64,000 nt of DNA from an uncultured Solibacteraceae bacterium (GCA_964633285.1 CAZWGA010000028.1:960-64959), one strand, 5' to 3'; shown: positions 33,481-43,595, counted from the stretch's first letter. Translations and numbers: made by a program. The notes: generated from the letters alone by a model not told the origin.

Positions 33481-34020
33481 TTACCGAAAGAATCTCGACA
33501 CGGGGCAGGAGCATCCGGGAAGAACAGGTTCAGCAGTGAGTACGTCTTCGCCGTGCAGGAGTTCAGTATCTGTCAGGGATCGATAAGTGGTGACGGTTTC
33601 ATGCGCGGGATCCACCAGCAACACCAGAGGGACGCCGCATTCGAGATACTCGCCGATTTTCCGGCCGATTTGTGAAAGGCTGTCGCCCGGTGAGAGAACC
33701 TCGACCGCCAGGTCCGGAACGATTTGGCCGAAACTCTCCGGTGACTGTCCGCCGGGCAGTTTCTCGTTTCGAACAAACGTTACGTCCGGAGAACGAAGAT
33801 TTTCGTTCGGCAGTATGATTCCGACGTCGGCGCTATAGACCTTCCCGATCGGCGACTTTTCCAGAAAAGTCGCGAAAATGTGGGATATTTTTACCGCGAT
33901 TTCCGAGTGACGCATTCCCGTGGGACTGACGAGAGTCTCTCCGTCCACAAGTTCATATTTCCGCCCATCAATGGGCATTTTCGTGAGGTCTTCGATCGTC
34001 GCCTTGGCTCGGACTTTCAT
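33481..34020 (-). CDS. Uma2/DUF820 (PD-(D/E)xK) family protein
   Basis: YELVDGE, H-SEI, RSPDVTFV, PDLAVEVLSP, EYLECGV and LLVDP motifs. The start at 34020 is 7 nt after -10 TACAAT. Confidence 0.9.
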   Translation of the reverse strand: MKVRAKATIEDLTKMPIDGRKYELVDGETLVSPTGMRHSEIAVKISHIFATFLEKSPIGKVYSADVGIILPNENLRSPDVTFVRNEKLPGGQSPESFGQIVPDLAVEVLSPGDSLSQIGRKIGEYLECGVPLVLLVDPAHETVTTYRSLTDTELLHGEDVLTAEPVLPGCSCPVSRFFR

Positions 34021-34085
34021 GGATCGCATTGTATCGCTTGCGCCTCTCCATGGGCGATAGTCCTGCATGTGAGAAGCCAAGTCGA

Positions 34086-35609
34086 CTACGGTTTCAGCGG
34101 GACCCACAGGGAACCGGCGAATCCCGTAGCGCGATCCAGGACTACAACGCGAACGCGGTCGGGAGGGCGATCGGTCGTAACGGTTTCTTCCAGCGTCAGG
34201 CCTCGGGCCAGCGCCGCGCGGAAGCCTTCTTCCGAAAGATCGATGCTGCTGGTCTTGCCCTGAATATTCTTTTGTTTCGAGGATTCGAGGCGAGTGGCAA
34301 TGTCGGCGATTCCTATCCAGCGATCGCCGCGGTGTTCCAACTTGAGATCGGATGCATCGATGTGCAGAACAATTCGAAAAGCGCCGCCGTTCGGCGAAAT
34401 GCGTTGCGACGATGCTTCCAATCCGATCTGAAGCGAATCCAGCGGACTGGAGATCACTTCAGACATGATCAATTTGCGCTCTTTCTCACTGGGCGCCTGG
34501 TCTTTCACTGCGAAGTATCCGGTGCGATGCCGCACTTCAACATCCTTCCGGGCGACCTTCACGTCGAGATTGTGAAACTTCCCATCAAACGCGTTCTCGG
34601 AAGGATAGAAACCCAGCGTGTATCTCGTAGCCGCGTCCGATATCGCGGTTCGGACCGATCCCGCAAGATCGTTGTTGTAATAGAACGCGCGGCCGCCGGT
34701 CTGATCGGCCAGCCGGATCATGACGTCGGGTGGGGGATCCTGCCGGGAGCCGCGCCGTCCTCGCGGCGGGTCGGGAGCCTGTAGTCCACGAAGATCGATG
34801 GGATACACGGCAATGTTCGCCGCGGTGAACGTGCGCGTTGCATGGTCGAGCTCGGACTCCTTGCCGTTGCGGCTGCTTCCCGGCTGAATCGACAGCGGAA
34901 TGCCCGCAGCAGACATCCAGATGAGGCTCTTGCGTCCTGGAAAAGCGTTCAAATGCCGCGCCATTGTCTGAATGGCATCTTCGGTGGGGTCCGTTCGCTG
35001 AACCACAGAAAAATCCGCTTCCGCGACGGCGACTCGCACATCACGCCGGGTGACGCGTCCGACGGCTTGAGACTGCGCGATTTCCTGAACCGTTCGATTG
35101 TCCACTCCGGGCAAATCCCCGACAGGCATGTTCTCCACCGCGCGCACCAGTTGATCCGTGTTGCCTGTGAAATCCTGGATGAGCTGCAGGTCATCGCCAA
35201 GAACGTACAATGCGGTGAAATCCTCACGCCGCGCGGATTTCATATAAGACAGAAGTTGCACCTTGCCCTGGCGTTGATAAATATCGGCAGTATTGAGCCG
35301 GTCAAACAGAATCACGGTGGCGCTTGCCGGCGGCGTTCTCCCGCGCCGGTTGGCCACCACACCTTCTTTTAAGGGAGCCTGCTCCGGCTGTGGCCTGGAT
35401 CGCTCGCCGGCCGAAACTGAAAACACGTCGATCCGTTGAGGCACGCCATTATCGAGGAGCGTGAAATCGTCCTTCGCAAGATCCATGACCGGCCCATCCT
35501 TGCCGTGAACGACTACATCCACTTCGACGAGACGGGTGTTGACTCGAAGAACATCATTCTGGGCCAATAGCGCCACAGTCGCGAGTAACAGAGCCAACCC
35601 TTTTTGCAT
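34086..35609 (-). CDS. VWA domain protein (acidobacterial type, extended C-terminus)
   Basis: LRVNTRLVEVDVVVHGKDG, PGRKSLIWMS, AVYPIDLRGL, ADQTGG, YTLGFYP and RHRTGY motifs. The start at 35609 is 6 nt after TATGCT. Confidence 0.88.
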   Translation of the reverse strand: MQKGLALLLATVALLAQNDVLRVNTRLVEVDVVVHGKDGPVMDLAKDDFTLLDNGVPQRIDVFSVSAGERSRPQPEQAPLKEGVVANRRGRTPPASATVILFDRLNTADIYQRQGKVQLLSYMKSARREDFTALYVLGDDLQLIQDFTGNTDQLVRAVENMPVGDLPGVDNRTVQEIAQSQAVGRVTRRDVRVAVAEADFSVVQRTDPTEDAIQTMARHLNAFPGRKSLIWMSAAGIPLSIQPGSSRNGKESELDHATRTFTAANIAVYPIDLRGLQAPDPPRGRRGSRQDPPPDVMIRLADQTGGRAFYYNNDLAGSVRTAISDAATRYTLGFYPSENAFDGKFHNLDVKVARKDVEVRHRTGYFAVKDQAPSEKERKLIMSEVISSPLDSLQIGLEASSQRISPNGGAFRIVLHIDASDLKLEHRGDRWIGIADIATRLESSKQKNIQGKTSSIDLSEEGFRAALARGLTLEETVTTDRPPDRVRVVVLDRATGFAGSLWVPLKP

Positions 35610-35778
35610 CGGCACAGCATAAAGCAAAACTTGATTTAGGGCCCGAATAAACACAATCCGCAAAGAACCACACGAGCATGGACTCGTGAAATTATCGGAG
35701 AAAACATAATGATGATGTTAGGCAGTCATTCCGTCGCCTGCCACCCCGACACGCGGAAGCTGCGTTGAAACGATCGCA

Positions 35779-35794
35779 CGATAATCAATTATCG
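35779..35794. promoter_or_regulatory. perfect 7-2-7 palindrome CGATAAT-CA-ATTATCG upstream of a TonB-dependent receptor
   Basis: Seen directly in the divergent intergenic region. GATAAT half-sites resemble Fur-type boxes. Confidence 0.45.
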
Positions 35795-35912
35795 CATGAT
35801 CTCTTGAGTGGAGTTTCGTTCAAGTGATACACTTCGCCGCCAAATATCAAAAGATGTTGGCGCGACCGTGTCGGGCTGCAAGTGTGAATAAGAACGGGGG
35901 AGGGTAAAAGAG

Positions 35913-38900
35913 ATGGATGCTATTTCGAGCGTAAGATCGGTTAAGCGCGCAGGCTTGGCTGTGCTTGGCACGGTGCTTCTTGTAGGTGTGATGGTTCCCC
36001 AGGCGTATGCGCAGTTGACGACAGGGACTGTTTCAGGGAGTGTGCGGGACGCGCAAGAGGGAGTCGTGCCCGGTGTTACCGTCAGCCTCTTCAGTGAATC
36101 GCGTGGCACACGGCTTCCTAATGCGATCTCTTCGGAAAGCGGCGATTTCGTAATTCCCAACGTGCCGGCGGACACCTACACACTCGAAGTGGTTCAACCC
36201 GGTTTCAAGCCACTTCGGCGAACCGGCATCACCGTCAGTCCAGGCGACCGTGTGGGCCTTGGCCCGCTTGTGATCGAAGTGGGCGCACTGACCGAAGACG
36301 TTAAAGTTACAGCCGAAGCCACCTTGTTACAGACACAGAGCGCGGAACGGTCATTCACGATTACGCCGACTGCCGTGCAGAACTTGCCGATCTCGAACCG
36401 GAGTTTCACATCGTTGGCGTCGCTGACGCCAGGAGTCGCCGGCATCAACCGGATTGGAGACCGTGCTTCATCAGGCGGTGGCGACACGAACGTCATGATG
36501 GACGGCGTATCCACGATGGACACCGGCAACAACGGAGTCATGGTTGTGGTGAACACGGAGTCGGTCGAAGAAGTCAAAGTACTCGTGTCGAACTACCAGG
36601 CCGAGTACGGACGTTCGAGCGGTCTGCAGATCACCTCGGTCACCAAGAGCGGCACGAACCAGATTCACGGCTCGGCTTTCATGATCATGCGCAAGTCGAG
36701 GTGGAACGAAATCAACAAAGCCACCTTTTTGAACGGCGACACACGGAGCGTGACCGACGAAAAGGATCTGGGCTACTCGATTGGCGGACCCATCGGACGG
36801 CCGGGAGGCAACAACAAACTATTCTTCTTTTACAGCCATGAATTCGATCCCCGGTCGACCGGTGGCGGTACGGTGCGTTTTCGCTTTCCGACGGCGCTGG
36901 AGCGCGCAGGAGATTTTTCTCAATCCACCGACAATAACGGCACTCCGTATCCTTATATTAAGGATCCGCTTCTTAACGGCACATGTGCGGCTTCCAATCA
37001 GTCCGCTTGTTTGAGGGACGGAGGCGTCGTCGGAAGAATCCCCAAGGACCGGCAATACGCCTCCGGTCTCAAGATTCTGGATTTGTATCCCATGCCGAAC
37101 GTCAGTGTTTCGGGTGTCTCCTACAATTACGAAGGTATACGGAAACAGCAGTCCCTCATGTCGCAGCAGCCCATTGTTAAGTTCGACTATCAGCCTTCCG
37201 CAAAGTTGAGGGGTTCGTTCAAGGCCGCCTTGTGGGGTCAGCCGAGCGATATCATTTACAGTTCCATTCCCGGTTTCAATGATTCCAGGCAGTACAAGGC
37301 CTGGTTCGGATTATTTGCCGCCACCATGAACTACAGCGTCAATCCGACAACTTTTATGGAAGGGACTATCGGCCGTTCACGGAACGATCTTGCCGGTTGC
37401 GTACAAGCGCAGAGCAACGCCGGGCCAACGTTCTGCGAAAGTGGCCTTCCTATGAACGATAAGGCGAATCCGGCCAAGGCCGGTCTCGGCGCTCTGCCGT
37501 TCGTCTTTCCGGATGCCGGCATGATCGACAAGAGCTATTACGCCTACGAGGCTTTGCAAGCGGTCAAGCCACCCGTTTGGGACGGTACGCGCCTCAGCAT
37601 GGTGCCGAGTTTCACCTGGGGCAGCCGGATCGGATCCGCGCCACCGAACTTTCCATTTCCCGGCTGGCTGAATGTCAACCAGACCACCGATGTTTCCGTC
37701 AGCCTGACAAAAATCGCCGGCCGCCACACCTTGAAGACGGGCTTTTACAACACACACAGTTTCAAAGCGCAGCAACGCCAGGGTTGGGCAGGTACGATCG
37801 GTTTCGGAAACGACACGAACAATCCGCTGGATTCGAGCTTCGGCTTTGCCAACGCGGCGCTGGGCGTGTTTTCCTCGTACAATCAGTTGTCGCGCTATGT
37901 CGAAGGCAGCTACGTGTACAACAACACCGAGAGTTACCTGCAGGACAACTGGAAACTGAATTCCAGACTCACACTGGACTACGGTTTGCGCTTCGTCCAC
38001 CAACAGCCGCAATACGATAAGTTAGGGCAGGGTGTGAACTTTCTACCCGATAAATGGAGTCTGTCGGCTGCGCCGGTCCTCTATGCGGCGGGTTGTGCCG
38101 CCCAGCCATGTACCGGTGCGAATCGCCAGGCGATGGATCCGCGCACAGGCCAACTCCTGGGGCCCAATACCTCGGTAGCGATTGGCACGCTGGTGTCAGG
38201 TTCGGGAAATACGACTAACGGGCTGTTCATATCCGGCAAGGGCATACCTCAAACTACCTACAACTGGCCAACACTCAAGATGTCGCCCCGTTTCGGCGCG
38301 GCCTATGATGTCACTGGAAAGCATCGGCTGGTGCTGCGCGGTGGCGGCGGTCTCTTTTTCGATCGGCCTGCCGGCAACTCCATTTACTCGCAGGTCCAGA
38401 ACCCCCCGACACTTCGCAATCTGACGCTGCGTTATTCTCAATTGCAGACCATGGGGGGGCTCACCACCGAAGCATCTCCCACGCTGAATGTTTATCAACT
38501 GGAGAGTGGCCTTCCCAGCACCTGGAACTGGAATGGCGGCGTGCAGGTTACTTTGCCCCTGGCTGCGGTGCTGGATGTGTCCTACACCGGCCAGCATTCT
38601 CACAACCTCGTTGAAGACGTCAATATCAACGCCATCGATTTCGGCGCAGCTTTCCTGCCGGCGAACCAGGACCCAACGGTGTCGAGCACGGTTGCGGGAG
38701 GTGCAGCGGTAAGCGCGGATCTGATGCGCGCATACCGCGGCTTTGGCAGCATTACTCAGGAGCAGCCGCGCGGCTGGTACACCGCGCACACTCTGCAACT
38801 TTCGATCACTCGCCGCTTTACTCGAAGTCTGGCGTTTGGGTTCAACGACACTATAGTGCTGCAGCAGAAGGGCAGCACGGCGGCCCGGCTGCAACACAAT

Positions 38901-39608
38901 CTCGACGGCAGCTTCTTCGAGCGTCCCGATCAGGCCCAGGCCGACGCGCTGCTCGGCAACTACGTTCCGACGCGGCACACCTTGAAGGGCAATTTCGTGG
39001 TGGATGTGCCGGGCTTCAAGGGCAGTACGACCGCAGCTCAACGCGCTTTGAAGCTGGTGACCAACGACTGGCGGCTCTCCGGAATCTGGAGCGCTAATAG
39101 TCCCAGCGCTTACACGATTCTCAATTCCTACCAGAGCGGGGCCGGCAATCAGAACATCACCGGGTCGCCGAACTACGGCAGCCGCGTCCGGGTTCTTTCC
39201 AATCCGGGCTCGGGATGCAGCAGCGATGCGTACCGGCAGTTCAACACCGCTGCGTTTGCGCCGCCTTTGGTAGGCAGCGTCGGGCTCGAGTCCGGCAACG
39301 ACTACCTGCGTGGCTGTTTCTTCCAACAGTTAGATCTGGCGTTGGATCGTGATATCCGCCTGGGTGAAAAGCGGCGGCTTCAATTCCGGCTCGACGTTTT
39401 CAATGCGCCGAACAGGGCTGGTATTACTCTGCGGAACACCATCATGAATGTGGTGAGCCCGACCGATTCGACCATTACCAATCTCCCGTTCGACTCCAGT
39501 GGAAATCTGATTTCGTCGCGATCGCAACCGAAGAACGCAGGCTTTGGCGTAGCTAATGCCTATCAATCGGCACGGTCTCTCCAGGCGTGGATTCGATTCG
39601 TTTTCTAA
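35913..39608 (+). CDS. TonB-dependent receptor, Oar-like
   Basis: GGGGAGGG SD, SGSVRDAQEGVVPGVTV, LPISNRSF, SGTNQIHGS, LTLDYGLRF, SPRFGAAYD and a C-terminal RSLQAWIRFVF. Confidence 0.92.
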   Translation: MDAISSVRSVKRAGLAVLGTVLLVGVMVPQAYAQLTTGTVSGSVRDAQEGVVPGVTVSLFSESRGTRLPNAISSESGDFVIPNVPADTYTLEVVQPGFKPLRRTGITVSPGDRVGLGPLVIEVGALTEDVKVTAEATLLQTQSAERSFTITPTAVQNLPISNRSFTSLASLTPGVAGINRIGDRASSGGGDTNVMMDGVSTMDTGNNGVMVVVNTESVEEVKVLVSNYQAEYGRSSGLQITSVTKSGTNQIHGSAFMIMRKSRWNEINKATFLNGDTRSVTDEKDLGYSIGGPIGRPGGNNKLFFFYSHEFDPRSTGGGTVRFRFPTALERAGDFSQSTDNNGTPYPYIKDPLLNGTCAASNQSACLRDGGVVGRIPKDRQYASGLKILDLYPMPNVSVSGVSYNYEGIRKQQSLMSQQPIVKFDYQPSAKLRGSFKAALWGQPSDIIYSSIPGFNDSRQYKAWFGLFAATMNYSVNPTTFMEGTIGRSRNDLAGCVQAQSNAGPTFCESGLPMNDKANPAKAGLGALPFVFPDAGMIDKSYYAYEALQAVKPPVWDGTRLSMVPSFTWGSRIGSAPPNFPFPGWLNVNQTTDVSVSLTKIAGRHTLKTGFYNTHSFKAQQRQGWAGTIGFGNDTNNPLDSSFGFANAALGVFSSYNQLSRYVEGSYVYNNTESYLQDNWKLNSRLTLDYGLRFVHQQPQYDKLGQGVNFLPDKWSLSAAPVLYAAGCAAQPCTGANRQAMDPRTGQLLGPNTSVAIGTLVSGSGNTTNGLFISGKGIPQTTYNWPTLKMSPRFGAAYDVTGKHRLVLRGGGGLFFDRPAGNSIYSQVQNPPTLRNLTLRYSQLQTMGGLTTEASPTLNVYQLESGLPSTWNWNGGVQVTLPLAAVLDVSYTGQHSHNLVEDVNINAIDFGAAFLPANQDPTVSSTVAGGAAVSADLMRAYRGFGSITQEQPRGWYTAHTLQLSITRRFTRSLAFGFNDTIVLQQKGSTAARLQHNLDGSFFERPDQAQADALLGNYVPTRHTLKGNFVVDVPGFKGSTTAAQRALKLVTNDWRLSGIWSANSPSAYTILNSYQSGAGNQNITGSPNYGSRVRVLSNPGSGCSSDAYRQFNTAAFAPPLVGSVGLESGNDYLRGCFFQQLDLALDRDIRLGEKRRLQFRLDVFNAPNRAGITLRNTIMNVVSPTDSTITNLPFDSSGNLISSRSQPKNAGFGVANAYQSARSLQAWIRFVF

Positions 39609-39765
39609 AGATGGTTAAATTCGTTTATCTAAACACCGGTGGGACGAATGCAGCGCCTTCAGTGTTCTGCTTCACTCGCTGCTTGCCAGGTTCTACGCAA
39701 AACTCGCTAAGACTTGATTGATAAATCGTTCGCCGGACAGGCCCCAGCGAAGCCAACAGCAGCAG

Positions 39766-40920
39766 TTACACGATTTCCGCCACCAACTTTGCCAGAGGCA
39801 GGATGTCCACCCCATTAGCCAGGCGTCGCGGAGAGCCTCCAGGAACGACAATGATCATTCGGGTGCGGCGGGGCAAGTAGGTTTTTGCAGCTACCAGACT
39901 GTCCGAATCACGAACCTGAATGTTCGCAGCTGTCTTGGCTTCAATCGCCCAGGTGGCGTCTCCTTTGGATACGATGTAATCCACTACAAGGCCCCCTCGA
40001 GTGCGAAATGTATGAATGTCGAGCTTGACGTCCCGCGCCATCGCTGCGGCGCGGAGTTGGCTGACGACGAGGTGTTCGAAGAGGCTGCCAATCCGGTCCG
40101 GCGAGGCGGAGAAATTTCCCAGCAAGCTATTCAGGACCCCCGGATCGAAGAAATAGATCTTCGGATGTTTCACCAGATCCGCCCTGGGCGCGTTTGGAAA
40201 CGGCGTCAGACGATGGACCAGCAGTGTGTCTTCCAGCATTTCGAAGTACCGGAGTGTGCTCGTTCTTGATACGCGAGCGCGCTGGGAGAGTTTGGAGAGG
40301 TCCAGGATCCGTCCGGATGATGCGGCCGCTACCGTCAGAAAACGCGAAAAGCCTTCGATATTACGCGACAGCGCTTCGGCCTGGACCTCCTCCTTTAGAT
40401 ACACTCCAGCATAGGATTCGAGCTGCTTTTCGGCCGTTGCCCGATCCGGTTCGAGATAGGGCTCCGGAAGAGTGCCCAATTCGAGGGCACGCCGGACATT
40501 GAAGTCGCTCCCGAGTTCCGCCGTTGTCAGCGGACCCATCTCGTAAAGCAGAATACGGCCGGGGAGAAGATTGGCCTGCCCGCGCCGCAGCTTTCGGGCA
40601 CTCGATCCGGTAAGAAAGAATTTCAAGGGGACGCCCGACCGCTTGGCGTCATCGATCAAAGCCTGAATCGTGTTCAATAAAGTCGGGAGGCGCTGAACCT
40701 CATCCACAAATACGGTCACCGGGCGGACGGCCGAGATTCGCTCTTCGATAGCACTGGGGTTGGCGGAGAATGCCAGAAACTCGGATTCTCGCGCCAGATT
40801 AACGGTTAATTCCGGATTCAGGCTGTGGACCAGAGTGGATTTTCCGGTCTGACGCGGACCGAGGAGCAACACGCTCTTGCGGGCGTTTTTCAGGCGCGTA
40901 GCAATCGACCGCGCTATCAT
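39766..40920 (-). CDS. AAA+ ATPase with DUF4143-like C-terminus
   Basis: Walker A GPRQTGKS, Walker B FVDEVQ, LTGSSA, KIYFFDPG, GSLFE and PD-(D/E)xK-like VDYIV...AIEAK. Confidence 0.9.
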   Translation of the reverse strand: MIARSIATRLKNARKSVLLLGPRQTGKSTLVHSLNPELTVNLARESEFLAFSANPSAIEERISAVRPVTVFVDEVQRLPTLLNTIQALIDDAKRSGVPLKFFLTGSSARKLRRGQANLLPGRILLYEMGPLTTAELGSDFNVRRALELGTLPEPYLEPDRATAEKQLESYAGVYLKEEVQAEALSRNIEGFSRFLTVAAASSGRILDLSKLSQRARVSRTSTLRYFEMLEDTLLVHRLTPFPNAPRADLVKHPKIYFFDPGVLNSLLGNFSASPDRIGSLFEHLVVSQLRAAAMARDVKLDIHTFRTRGGLVVDYIVSKGDATWAIEAKTAANIQVRDSDSLVAAKTYLPRRTRMIIVVPGGSPRRLANGVDILPLAKLVAEIV

Positions 40921-40965
40921 GTGGTCATTATTACATATAAAACGACCACAGTGTGGAGCTGGAAT

Positions 40966-42525
40966 TCATTTCGAATTCGACAGCAATGCTGCGGGGCGGC
41001 GATATGGAGTCACCAGGCCGGCCTGGGCGGTTTGGCCCGGGCCCGTTTTTTCATACGCGGCAACGATTCGTTTGTACATTGCGACGGCCTGTTCGCGCTG
41101 GCCTCGAATGTCGTAGATTCGGGCGAGTTGAAGCATCGCCGCAGGTTTGATCCAATCGGGCATTTCGCGCGCATTGGCATTGACGATGGGATTCAACGCG
41201 GATTCGCATTGAGCATAGTCGGCGCGCGCAAACTGAAGATAGGCGATGCGGTAACGCACTTGCCAGTCGTTGGGATAACGCGAGCGGAGCTTGTCGTATT
41301 CCTGCCGCGCTTCATCCCAGCGATGTTCGGAAACCAGTCGATTACCGGGGATCAATTCCGCAAAGATCTTTCCTTCGCTCGACTGCTGCCGTTGTTCAAT
41401 CCACTTGAGCTGTTGCTGGGCGCTGGCCTGCCGGTTTTTCCATTTCACGTTCGACAAAACCTGCCGAGAGTCATCAGCGGCATGACTATCGCCCATCAGC
41501 GCGCGATAGTTCGCGCGCGTCAGAAGAAAATTCGGCATGATCCAGTCGGGTTGAGTCACATTGGAATCGATGACAGGCGTCAGAAGGGAAATGGCTTCAT
41601 CGTAGCGCCATTGCGACTGGCGCATTCGCGCCAGATTCATCACAGCTTGATAACGATCCTGATCTTTGTAGTGCGGATGTTTTTGATCGACGCGCTGAAT
41701 GATCGTTGAGTACTGCTGCGCCGCCCGTTCGTAGTCTTCGATATTCGCGTTCGAGTAGAGACCTGCGACAGTGAAGCGAAACTGGGGATTTTCCGGATAT
41801 TTCTTCTGGAGGTTCTCCGCCATGCGGACCGCATCTTCATAACGATTTTCTTCCGATGCGTAAATGTCGAGCAGGAAATCCTGAGCGGCCGGCGCGAAAA
41901 GATCTCCTGATTCCGCAACACGTGCGAGTTGCTTTAATCCTTCTGTCCGATTTCCAGCCGGCATGAAGAGCAATGTCCGAAGCCATTTGAAGGCGGCGGG
42001 CATGATGTCGACGTAGTAGTTGTACAAGCCCGCCGCGAGATAGCCATCGGGGCGGCCGGGATCGAGCTTGATACATTCGTCGGCATACGTCTTCGCCTTG
42101 ATGCCGTCGCGCGCGGCTCCAACGATGCCTTTGTCGTTTTCCATGCGGTATCGGGCGCGGGTCAGATAGCCCTGCTCGAGGTAGAAAACCGCATCGGTAT
42201 CGCGCTTGTTCTTTTCGTATCGCGCTGACGCTTTTTGAATGAGCTGATCGATGCGTGCTTCGAATTCCTTCTGTAGCGTTGGATTGCGAAGTCCTCGGGA
42301 GTGAAGGGCCATCAGGACGCCGTATGAAGCGCCAAGGTTCTCCGGTTCCCGATCCGACTGGGTGCGAAACTCGTTGTATGCCCCGGCGCCGTCACCCCCA
42401 TAAAGATGTTCATAGACCGTGCGGAGCGAGTCCTGGGCGTTCGCAGGTAATGCCGGCAAAACGACAGTCAGGAATGCCACAACCGCAGTGCTGAACGAGC
42501 CTTTGTGCCTTTTTATGATCCTCAT
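40966..42525 (-). CDS. secreted TPR-repeat protein (TTC39/DUF3808-like)
   Basis: Signal peptide, helical repeats and a 'DGYLAAGLYNYY...GNRTEGLKQL' segment. The family name is inference. Confidence 0.7.
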   Translation of the reverse strand: MRIIKRHKGSFSTAVVAFLTVVLPALPANAQDSLRTVYEHLYGGDGAGAYNEFRTQSDREPENLGASYGVLMALHSRGLRNPTLQKEFEARIDQLIQKASARYEKNKRDTDAVFYLEQGYLTRARYRMENDKGIVGAARDGIKAKTYADECIKLDPGRPDGYLAAGLYNYYVDIMPAAFKWLRTLLFMPAGNRTEGLKQLARVAESGDLFAPAAQDFLLDIYASEENRYEDAVRMAENLQKKYPENPQFRFTVAGLYSNANIEDYERAAQQYSTIIQRVDQKHPHYKDQDRYQAVMNLARMRQSQWRYDEAISLLTPVIDSNVTQPDWIMPNFLLTRANYRALMGDSHAADDSRQVLSNVKWKNRQASAQQQLKWIEQRQQSSEGKIFAELIPGNRLVSEHRWDEARQEYDKLRSRYPNDWQVRYRIAYLQFARADYAQCESALNPIVNANAREMPDWIKPAAMLQLARIYDIRGQREQAVAMYKRIVAAYEKTGPGQTAQAGLVTPYRRPAALLSNSK

Positions 42526-42547
42526 GTGCCTATTCTGGTTTTGTCTT

Positions 42548-43546
42548 TTAGTCGACTTTCAGTTTTCGAACGAAGACGCCGGCTTCGCTGAACAACCGGA
42601 AGGCGCTGTCGTTCAGCGGATACTCCATGTTGAAGATGACCTCGCGTATTCCAGAATTGATGATCATCTTGGCGCACTGAAGGCAGGGAGCAAACGTCGT
42701 ATAAATGATGGCGTCCTTCAACGGGACTCCGTGATACGAAGCCTGCACGATGGCGTTTTCTTCGCCGTGCGAGCAAAGGCATTCTTCCAGATTGGTTCCC
42801 GACGCCGCCAGGCTGTTGCATCTCGGGCATCCGCCTTCATTGCAATTGCGGGTTCCGCGCGGCGTGCCGTTGTATCCGGTCGAGACCACGCGTTTATCCC
42901 GCACGATGATGGCGGCCACTTTCCGCTTCATGCAGTTCGATCGCGATGCGACAACCTTCGCGATATTCATGAAATATTCATCCCAACTCGGGCGCTGCAC
43001 TTCCTTCAGCAGCCGAAGCAATAGCGCGTCGATCTGTGGGTAGAGTTTCTCCAACGGCCCGTCGTTGATCAGAGCATGATCCGCCATCAGTTCGACTTTG
43101 ACGAGGTTCTGGGATGTATCGTCACCATGCGCTTCACGATTTTCCAAATCGATGAATTCCTCAAGGGTTCGGGGATCGCTTTCGCGATGCCGTTTGACGA
43201 TCCTTTGAAACCGGACTTCAGGCGGCGCTTCGATGCGAATCAGCTTGAAATGCTTCGCCGTTCGAAATGCGGTGACTTCGGACGGATTGCGGATGGAATC
43301 GATGATGTAATGCTTATCGTCCTCGATTCTGGAGAGGATGCGTTCGGCAAGGATGCTTGCGCCATGCTTCTGACGAAGTTCGTTACCGATCGTGATGAGA
43401 TATTCGCGAGTCGGTTCGAGGCCGCGCGAACGGACCTCATCGCGAATCACATCGGACAGCGAGTAGTAGTAGAAGCTTTTGGTTTGCAGGTATCGCGCGA
43501 CTTCGCCCTTGCCTGCGGCGTTTCTGCCAGTAAGTCCTATTAACAT
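42548..43546 (-). CDS. P-loop NMP-kinase-like domain fused to dCMP deaminase
   Basis: N-terminal GRNAAGKG P-loop and IIDSIRNPSE. C-terminal RPSWDEYFM, RSNC, TGYNG, HGEENA and PCLQC zinc-deaminase motifs. Confidence 0.9.
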   Translation of the reverse strand: MLIGLTGRNAAGKGEVARYLQTKSFYYYSLSDVIRDEVRSRGLEPTREYLITIGNELRQKHGASILAERILSRIEDDKHYIIDSIRNPSEVTAFRTAKHFKLIRIEAPPEVRFQRIVKRHRESDPRTLEEFIDLENREAHGDDTSQNLVKVELMADHALINDGPLEKLYPQIDALLLRLLKEVQRPSWDEYFMNIAKVVASRSNCMKRKVAAIIVRDKRVVSTGYNGTPRGTRNCNEGGCPRCNSLAASGTNLEECLCSHGEENAIVQASYHGVPLKDAIIYTTFAPCLQCAKMIINSGIREVIFNMEYPLNDSAFRLFSEAGVFVRKLKVD

Positions 43547-43595
43547 TCAGAGGCCTTACGATACTATGATTCCCTTTTGACTGAAAGGGAACGGG

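Noticed and set aside
33481-34020. Uma2 and AAA-DUF4143 genes as part of a defence island
   Set aside because: Both are widespread solitary families. They are 6 kb apart among unrelated genes, with no methylase, nuclease partner or mobile element.
38196-39326. 376-aa minus strand ORF
   Set aside because: Antisense shadow of a TonB-dependent receptor, typical of GC-rich codon bias.
43547-43595. AvcI-like antitoxin RNA upstream of the kinase-deaminase (AvcID defence system)
   Set aside because: Only 49 nt separate the gene from divergent proC, so there is no room. The protein is also shorter than AvcD-type enzymes.
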